Source: Geosiphon pyriformis uo1 (lineage: Eukaryota; Fungi; Glomeromycota). Taken from it: DNA of 64,000 nt. Under the pieces are notes generated by a model. The model saw only the letters and a list, made by a program, of their open reading frames with translations. It had not been told where the DNA came from and did not search any database. Position 1 is the first letter of the stretch. Each line of letters starts with the position of its first letter. The stretch spans positions 248,001 through 312,000 of the forward strand of contig JAAOMT010000480.1 in assembly GCA_016748015.1 (NCBI GenBank), written 5' to 3'. Positions 37,744-50,911 of this stretch are shown in pieces. Made by a program: the position numbers and the translations under genes.

Positions 37744-38253
37744 GAACTGAAAAACACTTAAATAAAGGGCGATTACATGTGGAAAGATCTAATACTAAAT
37801 CTTTACTACATCCATTTTGCATGTTTATAGTCGAAAACAAAATTTGGGGCCTACATTCAATATTTTAGTTGCTATCCTCTAATTTAATTCCCTTGATTTC
37901 AGTCATAGAACACTTTCCCTTGTGTGTACATATTTATGATGTTTTAAATAACCTAAGAATTGCTGTTAAAAATAATATTCATTCTAATAGAATAAAGGTG
38001 AATAGGTCAAGATCAAACATCTAAATTCTAGATTTCACGATTAATGTAACAGTTAGGAACAGACAATGGCTAAACTTCTCGAATTGTATGCCGAGTTCTA
38101 GACTCGATTTAATTGGGTAGTCTCATCAATCAATCATATGACCAATAGTACAAAATATCAGGTAGTTTTGGATTCTTAAAAGCAAGCAATTTTTTTTTTT
38201 CGTGAATATTCTCTTTTCCAAGAGACTAATTTCAAAAGATCATTCAAAACACG

Positions 38254-40220
38254 ATGGTCAAAGGCAAATCCTCTTCTAAGCAAAATGGAAAGAACCAAAA
38301 CAAAATAGATAAAAATAAATCAACCGAAAAAAAGGGTAAATCAGTCAAGTCAAATAAAGCCAGCAGTCCCAATACTTCTTTGTCCCATTCCCAAAAAATG
38401 GAAAACGCCAAGCAGCTGTCTTCTGACGACTCAACCTCAGAAGAAGAAAAAACACAGAAAGGGGGAAAGCACACTGATAAGCCTGAAACTTTAAAGTTGA
38501 AGAATAATGGAAATTCGGATAAAGCTTCTGACAGCGACTCTGAAATTAAAGTCGAGAAGTCGGTGAAAACCTCTCGTTCAATTATCAAAAAGCAGAAAGT
38601 GGTTGAAAAAGTTGTCCCTGTCGCGGAAGCTAATCCTGAGGTTTCCGAGGAAGAAACAGACTCGGACAGTGAACTGGTAACAAAACATAAGCAAGACGTT
38701 TCCAATAAACTTGCTGAAAAGGATTCATCGTCAGACGATACTGATGAGAAAAAAAATGTTAGCCATTCTCTTTCAAAGATACTTAAAGTTGCAGATAATG
38801 ATAAAAACACTGATTCTTCCAGTAGCAATAGTAGCAACAGCTCCGACAAAGACGAAGATCAAACAGAAACCCTTAAAAGAAAATCATCCAGTAACAGTAG
38901 TTCAAGTGAAGAAAGCTCTGATGAGTCTGATAAAGAATCTCAGAACAAAATTTCCAAAACACAAAATGAGTTTGAGGTCAAAAAAAGCAAAACTGATAAC
39001 TCTTCTGAATCTTCATCTGAAGCTTCGTCATCAACAGCGGAAAGCAGCTCGGATGATAACAGTGATAGTGAAGGGGAGGGGGATACCACCGCAAAAAGCA
39101 AAAAACAAGACCTCGCCAATAAAAGAAAGGCCCCTAATGAAAATAGCAGTCCTGCTAAAAAAATTAAACCAAATGGCAAATCAAAACAGATAGCTACTGT
39201 TTTTGTTGGTAATCTGTCATATAATACTGATCAAGAAAAGCTGCGCCAAGAATTTGCTGAGGCTGGAGAAATCCTTGATGTTCGCATTGTAACCAATCGT
39301 GACAACGGGACTTCAAAAGGGTAATATAAAATTTGTGATAATTTTCCTGAAACTCTTTCCCGTAAACCGATATAATTATTAACAACTCTCAAATGGACGT
39401 CTAGCTTTGGCTATATAGATTTCGCGAATGCTGAAGGGGCAAACGCAGCTGTTCAACTTTCTGGTAAAGAAGTGGATGGAAGACGCGTAAAGATAGAAAT
39501 ATCTGAGCCCAGCACCCGCTCAAACAACAAAGATGATCAAAATTCAACATTTTCACCAAAGCAAAACCTGAGTCCAGTCACTGATACCCTTTTTCTTGGT
39601 AATCTGAGTTTTGATGTTAGTGAGAATCACATCGCCGAATTATTTGGAGAATACGGGTCCATTGTATCTATCAGGTTACCGAAATTTCCAGACACTCAAC
39701 GTCCTCGTGGGTAAGAAATTCATATTGAGGTCATGATTCCCAAAGTTTTAAAATTCTAAAAAAACTTGCTCTCAAATCAATTTGCCTTGAAAACTTGGTA
39801 TAAGGTTTGGTTATATTCAATTTGCTGATACGGAAGCTGCCCAAATGGCAATAAAGAGTAATGGTCAAGATTTCATGGGACGCAATATTCGTCTTGATTT
39901 TGCAGGTGGTCGGGATTCAACCAATCGTATGTTGTTTATTCCCGTTTTCATTTACAATTTATCCTTGGTTAGAGTCTGATTGATTTTAATTCACACTAGG
40001 TGCTGGTAATTTCGGTGGCTCTGGTAATTCTGGTAGCTTCACCGGCCGCGGTGGAGGTCGTGGAAGTAACCGCGGTGGTCGAGGCACTGGTGGCCGTGGT
40101 GGTGGTGGTGGTTTTAATAGAGGTCGTGGCCGTGGTAATTTTGGGGGAAATTCCCCATCAGCATCAAGCCGAGGTTTTATTGTTCCAGGAAAAGGAAATA
40201 AAATCAAGTTTGATGATTGA
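38254..40220 (+). CDS. NSR1: Nucleolin-like protein (NSR1/Gar2); exons 38254-39320, 39405-39710, 39805-39926, 40000-40220
   Basis: Ser/acidic/Lys-rich N-terminus, two RRMs (VFVGNLSY...KGFGYIDF; LFLGNLSF...RGFGYIQF), RGG box, C-terminal GNKIKFDD. Confidence 0.9.
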
Positions 40221-40549
40221 TCTCAATTATCTCGAAGATCCTCGGAGACTATTTGGCTAGATACTGGTGAGAATTGGATATGATTTCTATTTATTTGAGT
40301 TTAAAAAACAAATCCTGACAATTTTCCACCACGCATAGCTTCTAAATTCAGGCTTTTAGAATCGAGGAATGCCAAACTTTTAGTAAACTTTTCATTATGT
40401 TTATTCGGATTCCAAGGTTGTTATAGGAGATTGCATCACAAATCTGGGTCTTGGGCAATTATTTTAACCAACGGTATTAGTCACAATGACGCCTATTATG
40501 ATATTGAATCCTGAAAAATTTTTGTCGCAATAGAAATTACAATTAGGTT

Positions 40550-43500
40550 TTTTGAAAATCAATAGCGTTTGTACATTTTTCATTAAATTTAATGTTAAAA
40601 TTACTTACATAAAAACAGTTTATTATAATATGAAAAAAATTACTGAAACCAATATGTTATTGAATTTTTATAAAGTAAAAACAATTTTGAAAGATAAATT
40701 TAAATTTGCATCAAATTTTTTTTTAAAATGCTTAATTAAATGTATTTTTAATCTTTATTTATTCTGAAATTTGACCCAAAAATATATATGGAATTGTTTT
40801 TTAATTTTTAATATTAATTAGCATATATTGTTATTTTATAATTTTTATTTTATTAGTAATTTAATTTACATAAAACACAAGTATAATTAAAGATTATAAT
40901 TAAATTACATAATACTTTAAATTATGTAATATTAAAATTTTGTTAAAATATAAATAGCTTAAGTAAAATTTATCAAATTTTGCAAATTTAATAATATTAA
41001 AACTTAAAATAATTTAATAACTAAAATAATTAATAGCTTGAAATTATAATTAATAAAAACTGAAATTTGTTTTATTATATTATAAATTAATAATTTTAAA
41101 TACTAAGTTTTATAAATATTAATTAATTTTCAGATTACAAAAAAAGCTTAAAAAATATTTTAATATTTTTTTTATATTTAATTTATTTTTTAAGTCATTT
41201 TTTGATATATTTTAATTTAAAAAGTTAAAAAAATAAGTAGTATTATTAAAGTAATATTCAAAAAAAAGAGTTTATTTTAATGTAAAAAAAACATAATTAA
41301 ATATAATTAGATAAATTAGAAAAAAAAACCAAGAATTTTGGTATTAAAATTCAATTCTTAAAAAATTAATTATTAATATTGTAATAATTAGATTTAATAT
41401 TAACAAGTTTTAAAAAATTTACAATTTAAAATAATAAAATAAATAGTTTTTATAATAATAAGTATATTGATTTTAATATTAAAAAAATAAAAAGCTATTG
41501 ATTAAAAAAATAAGTTTTATTTTAAATAAGAATAAAAAAATTCTTAATAATTTTATAAATTTAATTTTAAAAATTGTTTGGTTTAAATATTAACTTGTTA
41601 ATAATAGTAAAAATATGTATAATTAAAAAAGTTTTTTTATTGACAATTTTTCTTCTAAAATTTTTAAAAAATTATTTTTAAAAAAAATTGTTTTTATTAT
41701 AGTTTTTTAATATTTAGTTTAATGATATCAAATCTTTTGTGTTTATTAATAATAATAAAATAAATACAAAAAAAATACAAAAAGCTTAAATTCTAATTTG
41801 ATTAATAAAGCTTTATTCTTTAAAAAACCAGAAAAATAGTATTTTTTAAAATTTAATAATATTAATTCTGGATTTTTTTCTTGTATAATGGCTGTTTTAG
41901 TAAGTAATTTAAGTAATATTGATATTGGTAATACAGCAAAACAAAAAATATTAATATAAATAAGCAGTTTTTAATAATAAAAACTATTTATAACATTAAT
42001 AATAATAATAATTTAAATATAAATAATATAAATATGATTTTAAAAACTTTTAAAGTAAATTTCTAAACAAAATAAATTTTAATACTAATAGTAATTTAAG
42101 TGTTTTTTGTTTTTTTTCTCTTAAAATAATATAAATATGCTTATTAAAAAATTATATATATTAATATTAATTTTTTAACAATTAGTAATAAATTTTTTTA
42201 AATAAATTAAAAACAGTTGGAAAATTGTTTTTAAGTATAAATAATTTTGGAAAAACTTTTAATTTTTTAAAATTCAATATTATTATTTATACAACTTTTA
42301 TATCTAAATTTAATATAATAATAACTACAAATTTAATTAATAATAACAACATAATAATAAATCTATGTACTAGATAGCCATTGGGCTTTACTCGTTAAAT
42401 GCATATTAAAAAATAATAATAAATACTATTATTAATGAATTTTTACATTTTTTAATACAGAAATTACAATATATATTATATAAATTATATTAAAATTATG
42501 TAAAAAAAACTTATATTATTATATTTAAATAACAAAATTAGCCAATAAATAAAAAATAAATAATTAGTAATTAATTTAATTACAATAAATAAATATGGCA
42601 CTATTTAATTAAATTATATATAAAAAATTTTAGCAAATTAAAAAACACAAAAAAAAATTAAAATTTAATGTATATAATTTAATAATAATAGATTTTATTA
42701 TGTTTTAAAATTTTTATATATTTTTATTTATGTAATTTTTTTTAAAATTACAATTATTATCTAAAAATAGTTATCAAAAAATGTAATTAATTTATTTATT
42801 TTTAATTATATTAATGTTAAATATAATTATAATTAATATTATTAATATATAATTAAGTTTCAATTTTAATGATTCAAATTTGATTATTTAAATTAATAAT
42901 TTATAAAAAAATAATATGTTGAATAAATCACAATTAATTTAATTAATTATATATATAAAAATAATTAATATACTTAAATAGCTTTAATATAATATATAAA
43001 TTTAATATAATTTAACTATATATATAAATTTTTGTTAATTTAAAAAAATATTAGCTTTATATTAAGCCAATTTTTTTGTATAAACAGCTAATTTTTTTTG
43101 TATGTTTTTTTTAAGCTTTAAATATTTGTTATCAATATTTTAAATATGTTTTTATATTTATTATTAATATTTTAAGTCATATTTTTATTAATTTTTATAT
43201 ATTTGTTATTAATATTTCATATTATGTTCTATTTTTTCAAATAAATTATTAGTTTTATCATTTAATTTTGTTTTTATTATAGTGTTAATTAAATAATAAA
43301 TTGTTATATTGTTAAAAATATGATTTTATAATAATATTTTAGTTATGTTTTTTATAAATTTTTTGATATTTTTATTATTTTTATTTTCTATAAACTAAGT
43401 TTTTAAATACTGCATATTTTTAATAACTAATTGAAAAATTTTGGTTACAACTTTATTAATTAATTTTGGTTCTTAACTGGTTGTATTTTTTATGTTTTTA

Positions 43501-44942
43501 TAATATTTAATTATTATTTTTTATAAAACTCATATTAAAACTGGTTTTTAATTAAAAATAAATGATAATAAAAATATTTTTTACATTAAATAATTTATTT
43601 ATAACTTTTTTACTTTTTTAAATACTAAAATAATACTTATATATATATTATAATTAGTAATTATATATATAATAATATATATTGTTTGATAAAAGTATTA
43701 TTATTATTAAAAAGATTACTAAATTATGTTTTTTATTAGATAATAATACTAATTTAAAAAAAACCAACTATTTAATTAAATTAGATTGTAATTTAAAAAT
43801 ATATTAATAAAATTTTTTTTTAAGATTATGTATACTGTATTATTTAAGTTTAAAACTATTACGTTAATTAAAATATAATTAATAAAATTATAAAAAATAT
43901 TAATAAATTTATAAATTAAAACCAAATTAATTTCTTGGCTTTTAAGTAGTTTATTTAAATTAGAAAAAATTATATTTGTATAATTAAAACTAATTTTAAC
44001 AAAAAATTATAAAATAATAAAAATACTTATTAAATTTTATTGTTTATTTTTTTAATAAGTATAATTATACATAATATTTAAGAATTTATTTAATTTAATA
44101 AAAAATCTGTATAATTAATTATTATTTAATTATATATGTTTATACTAAGTATGTTACAATATATTTTAATTTTAAAAAAAATTTGGTAAATTATATTTAC
44201 AACTTTAATTATTAATATTAAATAAAAATAATATTATGTTGTTTTAGTTTAAATATAATATTTTTATTTAAAAATTACAACACATATTATAAAATTAGCA
44301 TAAAAATTATATAAAAAAAACTATATTATTAAAGTTAATTTAACAAATATTAATTAGCAATAAAAAAATAAAAAATTAATAATCAATTTAATTATAATTA
44401 AATTATAGTATAATCTAATTAAAAAGCTAAATTAAATATCAAAAATCTTGGCAAAATTAAGACATTAATGAAAATTTAGCATTAAAATATGTAATTTAAT
44501 AACAATAAACTTTATTATACTTTAAGATTTTTATGTATATTATTTAAACAATTCAATATTTTAGATTCGTAATTATTATTTAAAAGTAATTATCAAAAAA
44601 TATAATTAATTAATTTGCTTTTAATTATATTAATTATAATTACAATTAATATTATTAATATATAATTAAGTTTTAAATCTAGTTATCTAAAATTTAATTA
44701 TCTAAATTATTAACTTCTAAAAAATAACATGATAAGTAAGCTTAAAATAAATAAATTAATTTAATATATATAAATAATTGATATAATTAAAATAGTATTA
44801 ATATAATATATAGATTTTAAATAATTAGTTAGTTTTTTTAATAGCTAAAAAAATATTAATTTTATTTCAAATAAATAAAGTAATATATTAAAATATTTTA
44901 TAAAATATATTTATTAAATATTTAAATAATATTATTACAATA
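40550..44942. repeat. Extremely AT-rich block of eroded LTR/TE relics
   Basis: Almost no G/C. 40810-41050 resembles the family B LTR start. 42460-43020 and 44270-44830 are direct copies of each other and resemble the reverse-oriented family B-type LTR. Confidence 0.65.
42363..42412 (+). mobile_element. ~50-bp 5'-truncated LINE insertion with short A tail and 12-bp TSD
   Basis: CTATGTACTAGATAGCCATTGGGCTTTACTCGTTAAATG matches the reverse complement of the LINE 3' end at 12376-12412. ATAATAATAAAT is present at 42351-42362 and 42413-42424. Confidence 0.85.
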
Positions 44943-45825
44943 TTTTTTTTTAACATTTAATGAGTATAGTCTAATCACTATTTAGTATACAGAGTCAAAA
45001 CTAAGGACTCCAACTAGATGCAATTTACGTATTTACCATATGTGACCAGTCACTTAGACTAATCAAAACAATACTAAACCCCTATATAAACAGTAGTCTT
45101 ATTACCTAAGCCAGTAAAAAATAAGCAAGATTGGCAGAAACCAAAACTAATCCCAAATAAATCATCAATACCAATTAATCTAGCCACTTCATCTAACAGA
45201 ACTGGCAATGAGCCAATGAACAACACTGGCACCACCTCTGAATCACTGACTAAATTATCTCTCTCCATATTCACTTTAAATCTAGACCTAAAATCTCACA
45301 ACTCAGAATGGTATAGAACACCCAAACCACATGCAAATTAACCAAGATCTGAAAAGCTTTTTTACGATCATTGAAAATTAGCACAGCTTCTTTAAACCAC
45401 TCTGTAAGCACAAAGTCTTTGCAGAGAAGAGTATACAAACCTATATTAGATAAACATGAAAAAAAATTCCACAATCACAGAAAGAGTAGAAAAATAAGAA
45501 CCAGCCAGAGACTTTCAACAAGAAATATGCTCAAACAAAATCATTTTGTGAGAGTTAGACTCTTTACAACATGTGAACACATGGTTGGAAAACTCAACTT
45601 CTCCACAATGTAAATATAAAACACCAGAATAATATCTGTTATAAAGCTTCTTCCTGATAGCAACAGGCAGTCTCCCATAAACAGTCTTCATAAAATAAGT
45701 GCACAAGCCAGCAGAAGCTCTGCTCATAAAACCTGACAGCATGTGTAAATCAGGATGCCAAACAGCTACAGTATGGATCCAATCAACATCACTAACTGAA
45801 AAACCACTTAAAACTCTAGAACCAG
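44943..45825 (-). mobile_element. 3' part of an older LINE (ORF2 C-terminus, 3' UTR, A tail), split off by a Gypsy insertion
   Basis: VAVWHPD, RLPVAIRKKLY and CGEVEFSNHVFTC are homologous to the 12601-14325 ORF; T run at 44943-44951. Confidence 0.9.
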
Positions 45826-46796
45826 TATTACCAGAGGTTTTTGGTCTTTTTTCTTGAATGTTGTTAATGTTGATTTGTTGTGAATTTACATTCTCAGAAA
45901 GTAGTTGGACCTTCAGTAACTGAATTTATTTTCAAATTATCTCTTATAATTTGAATTGCTGGGCTTATAAGTGGAATGGCCAATTCCGTGCCAGTTACTT
46001 TATGTAGTTATGTTGTAGTAAATATCAACTCTTTCTCAGAAATTGCTTATCTGAAAGCTCACTAAAATGTGTAGTTACTTTGTTATAAAAATCAACTCTT
46101 CTATAGAAATTTTGTCTGTAGGCTACACTAATGATTATACTAATAGAAGAAAAGAAAAATAAAAAAAATGTAAAAAAAATAGAATTTTGTCAAGGGAATC
46201 ATTTTCTATCCAGGCCTGGAGTCACTAACAGTTTACTAAAATTGATAGTTAATCAATTTCAAAACATTAGTTTGTGTTGAGGAAATTTCAAGTGTAATAA
46301 TTAAAGAATTTGGTTTTTAAATATTTAATTTTTATTTGAATGTGTAAAAGGTGATTTGTTCTAATTAAGATATCTAAGGTAAGATACTATGCTAAGATAC
46401 TATGAGAAGATACATTTTTTTGAAGAGAGAAGCTCTTCTTTTATACAACTTGCTATAGTACTAGTCTTTGAACTTGCACTTTTTTCTTTGCTACAATTTG
46501 GGTGAATTAAAGATATATTTCGGCAAACTACAAGTTATTTCACTGAACTATTGATTATTTCGACCAATTTCCATTAATTTCGGCGAATTTTGACTATGTT
46601 AAATGGTTTAGGGTATTGTGTAATTTGATCATCTTAATTTCTAGAGTACAAATCGGATTATTGATTGAGTAATAATATTTAATAATTTGATTAAATAATA
46701 AGTGATAATCGAAATAAATAATAATGTATGCTAATTAATAATAGGAATTATGAGGGTAATTTCATGCTAATTAATAGCTAAATTCTACTAGTAACA
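45826..46796 (-). repeat. 3' LTR of the family B element
   Basis: Direct repeat of 54722-55681; preceded by the PPT on the minus strand. Confidence 0.95.
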
Positions 46797-47490
46797 TAAT
46801 CTTCTCCTCAAGACTGAGCTCCATCAAAGTCCAAGTACTATTTGTGATGTTAAGATAGTGGTCCAAGATAATTGAAGTAATCTGGCCTGAAAATTGTTGA
46901 AATTTCAGTTCTGTGAGCTTTCTAATGTATTAAATCTTCATTGGATGAAGTATTGGATTTTGTAGGACGTTTTCACAAGTGTTGAATAAATTATAGAGTC
47001 TAAATGCTGCTCTAAGTTTGTAGTGAGTGTTTGTTGATCCAGCTGCTCTCTTAAATTCATTGTGAATTTGTTTTTGTATAGCCTTAGGAGTAATGTTGGT
47101 TGCTTCAAGTTCCAGTTTTCGTTTATAAAGTGTTTTTCCAATATGAAAATATCTATATATAAGAGTATGTTCATTGTTCTGTTTATTAAAAAATAATAGA
47201 AGTTTTTGTTAAATTGTGACATTTGGTGGAATGTCAATAGGGGCAATTAAAAGGTTTTCTTTTAGTGCTTGCTTCAAAAGTTCTGGTAACCTATTTTCAG
47301 AGTAACCTCTTGTTTTTCTTCTATAAAGGTAATAGTTCTGAGAATTATTTACTACTGGGGCTGTGGTTTCTTTTTGAATGTAATTAATTTGACTTCCATT
47401 AATCGTTATAGATAAGTCAGGAAGTGTTTTCAAGGCTAACATTAATTTTTGGGATATTTGTTGAATATTTCGGGAAATAATTATGATAAA
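46771..47490 (-). pseudogene. Extra ORF3 downstream of integrase in the family B element, unknown function
   Basis: The frame of ORF 47209-47442 continues through two TAA codons to 46771 (224 codons from ATG 47442): ...YFHIGKTLYKRKLEL...LRAAFRLYNLF...IRKLTELKFQQF...LSLEEKIMLLVEFSY*. Confidence 0.72.
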
Positions 47491-50400
47491 ATTAACTAAT
47501 TAATAAAGAGGAAAAAAAAAGAATAAAGAAAATTATTTTTGGATATAGGGTTTTTGTTTGTTTTTGGGTTTGAGTGTTTCTTGTAATTATTTACTATTTT
47601 GTTTTTATGTTTGTATATTTTTTAGAAGCGATTATTAAAAATGTTAAATTAAGTATTCAAGTTTGATTGTTGTTCTATTATAACTATTGGTTCTAAATTT
47701 CAGGAAATATCTTCAGAATTAACTAAAGGAAAATGTGTACCAATTTGTGGAATTATTGGTTCAGAATTGTTTCTGGAATGATTGCAACTTTTGCTAGTAC
47801 TTTGTCATCAAGTTTTAACTTGTATAATCCATTGCCTAAAATTTCGTGGATATAAAATGGTTCATCCCATTTATGTTCAAATTTTCCATTCCATTGTTTT
47901 TTAGCCTTAGTTCTGTGTAAGAAAACTTTATTTCCAACTTTAAATTCGTTGGTAACTGATGGCAATTTGTTGTCATGCCTTTCTTTTTAAAAGACTTGAG
48001 AGTATTCAATATGAGTGACTGCTATGTGTTTCTTTCCTTCCAATGTGCTAAGAAGAGTGTAAGCTCTTCTTTGGAGTGTTTTTTAAAAGTTTTCTTTATT
48101 GATTGGTTGTACTGGATATGTTTCTACTATAAAATTAATTGGTAATGTTGCTGTCCTTTCATAAGTAAGATCAAATGGTGTGTGTTTTATAGTATCTTGT
48201 TTTAGTGTTTTGTATGCTAGTAACACTGATGGAATAAAGATATCTCATTTTTGTTCAAAATCTGTTGAGACTTTAGCTAAAAATTTACACAATGTTCTGT
48301 TAAAATATTCTACAAATCTATTTGTTTAAGAGTGATAAGGTGATAATAGAGATCTTTTGACATTGAATTGTTCACAAATTTTTTGTATCAAGTTGTTCAC
48401 AAAATGTATTTTTTGATCAGATAAAAGTTCAATTAGACATTCATGTCTACAAATAATGTTTTTATAGATGAAATTTGCTACTGATTTTGTGTTTGCTCTT
48501 TGAATGGTTCTAGCTTCAGGTCATTTGGTAAGATAATCTACTGCAACTGCAATATAACAATTTCTTTGAGTTATAATAGGTAATGATCCGACTAAATCAA
48601 TTCCAACTTTGTCAAAAAGTTGTCCAACTTTGATTGGATTTAAAAGTTCTGTAGAACAAGTTCCTTTTTTTTTTGATAATTATCACAAGATTCTACATAT
48701 TGTCGAATGTTTTTTTGCATGTGGGACCAAAAATAATGTTCAAGAGTTCTTTGAATTGTTTTATTTCTTCCTAAGTGTGCTGAAAAAGGATCTGTGTGCA
48801 TGTTGTATAGAATTGTTTCATTTTCATTTTTCTGTACTAATCTAAGTGGTTGGTTTGGGTTTTTGTGATATTTGTAATAGATTTTGTTGTGGTGTATGAA
48901 ATATTGTTTGAATTGGTGTTGTAATTGATGTTTTTTACTTGGAGACCAATCTTCTGGCATGATAAAAGTCTCCAAATAGTTTTTAAGATTGTTGTAATTT
49001 CTGGAATTCATTGTTGTTTTGTTGTTTTGTTGGTAATAGTAAGTTGTAGTGGATTTGTTGGTGGTGTTAATCTTGTCTCATTCTTAAGAGGCTATCAACA
49101 TTGGTGTGTAGTTTTCCTGATTTGTGGTGTATGATATATTTGTAGTCTGCTAGGAAGTTATTCCATCAAGACTAATTGGCACTTTATTTAGTTTTTTTTT
49201 TATTAAGCCATTTAAGGCCAATATTTTCAGTTATAATGTCAAATTTTTTTCCATTTTTTAGGTATTGTTAAAAATGTTTAATAGTTCAAATGACTATGGC
49301 AGCTTCTAATTCAGTTGAGCCATATTTGAATTCTGTTGGTTTGAGTGTTTTACTAGCATAAGCAATAATTTGTTTCTGGCTATTTTCATTCAATTGTGAT
49401 AGGATGGCACCAAATGCTATATGTGAAGCATCAGTGGCTAGTTGGAACCATTTGTTGAAGTCTGAGTAAGCAAGAACTGGGGCTGTTGTTAATTTTGTTT
49501 TGAGAATTTCAAAAATTTTTTGTTGTTTTTCAGTTTATTGGTATGGCACATTTTTGTTGGTAAGATAATTGAGTGGTTTGGCAATCTCTGAAAATTCTTT
49601 TATGAATTTTTGATAGTAAGAGGCTAATTCTACAAATCCTCATAGTTCTGTAGTATTTCTGGGTGTTTAAAAGTTTTTAATAGCACTAATTGTTTCAGAA
49701 TTTGGTTTGACTCTATCTTTGCTAACAATGTGTCCAAGAAAGATTAAACTTGTTTTTCCAAAGTGGCATTTTTTAATATTCAACTTTAATCCTGCTTTCT
49801 GTAATTGTTGGAAAACTTCTCACAGGTAAATGAGATGAGCTTCAAAGCTTGGTAAGTATATATCAGTGTTATTAAGATAAACAACTACTGATTGCCATAA
49901 AAATCTTTTATATACAATATCCATGAGTTATTGAAATGTTGCTAGTGTATTACAGAGTCCAAAAGACATAATATTGAACTTATAGTTTCCTTTTTGAATG
50001 GTAAATGCTGTTTTGCATCGATCTTTTGGGTCCATTTTGACTTGCCAGTATCTACTTTTCAAGTCTAAAGTTGAAAAAAACTTGGCTTTTTCTAAGGCAT
50101 CCAGCATATCATCAATTCTTAGAAAAGAGTAGACATCTCCAATTGTCACACTGTTGAGCTGATAATAATCTACACAGAATCTGATTTTTCCATTTTTCTT
50201 TTTAATAAGAACTACTGATGAGACCCAAGAATTTTTTAATAATTGAATCAATCTATTATTGAGCATTCTTTGGACCTTTTCTCTGATAAATTGGTGGTTA
50301 GCAAGTGGAACTTGATAAGCTTGTTGTTGTTTTGGTGGAGCATCTTCTGTGTGAATTTAATGTTGAACAATATCAGTTTTTCCAAGGTCATTGTTGTTTT

Positions 50401-50911
50401 TTGCAAATATGTTAGTAAATTCAGCTATTAACTGTTTTAATTGTCTTTGTTGTTAAGGTTCTAAGAAATTTATGTTAATTTGAGAAAGTTTTTCTTTCAA
50501 AAGGTGGTAGTTTTCAGTAGTAGAAATGATGTTTGGATTTGGAAGTAGTGTATGTCTTATAATTTCGATGAAATTAGAGACAATTTGAGAGTTTTTATCT
50601 TAAAAGATGTTACTGTGTATGATTCTAATCTCTAATTTGTTTAATAAAACAATAGGATAATTATTGGGGTTGTAAAATGTAACTCAAAATTTTTTCATTC
50701 CTTTGAGAATATAAACATTTGGGATTGAGATTTTATGCTTTAAACAGATTTGTTTATTGGATTCAAAGATTTATTGGGTGGTGGTGGGTTTTGAGCAAGT
50801 GTAAATTTCTTGATGTTCTTTAAAAAAAGAAATAGTAATTGGTTAGAAAAGTTGAAGAATCTGGTAAAATTCATTCTGTGCATTGAGAGCTATATTTACT
50901 GGTACTGTAAA

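Noticed and set aside
38244-40260. Antisense and alternative-frame ORFs over NSR1 (38244-38849, 38711-39193, 39986-40207, 40000-40260)
   Set aside because: By-products of low-complexity Ser/Glu/Lys and RGG coding sequence.
40550-44942. AT-rich block as an organellar insertion or a centromere
   Set aside because: No mitochondrial gene remnants were seen and residual LTR homology explains it better; centromere function cannot be judged from sequence alone.
46771-47442. ORF3 as a retroviral env or a chromodomain
   Set aside because: No signal peptide, TM anchor or furin/fusion pattern, and no chromodomain YLVKWxG-like motif is visible.
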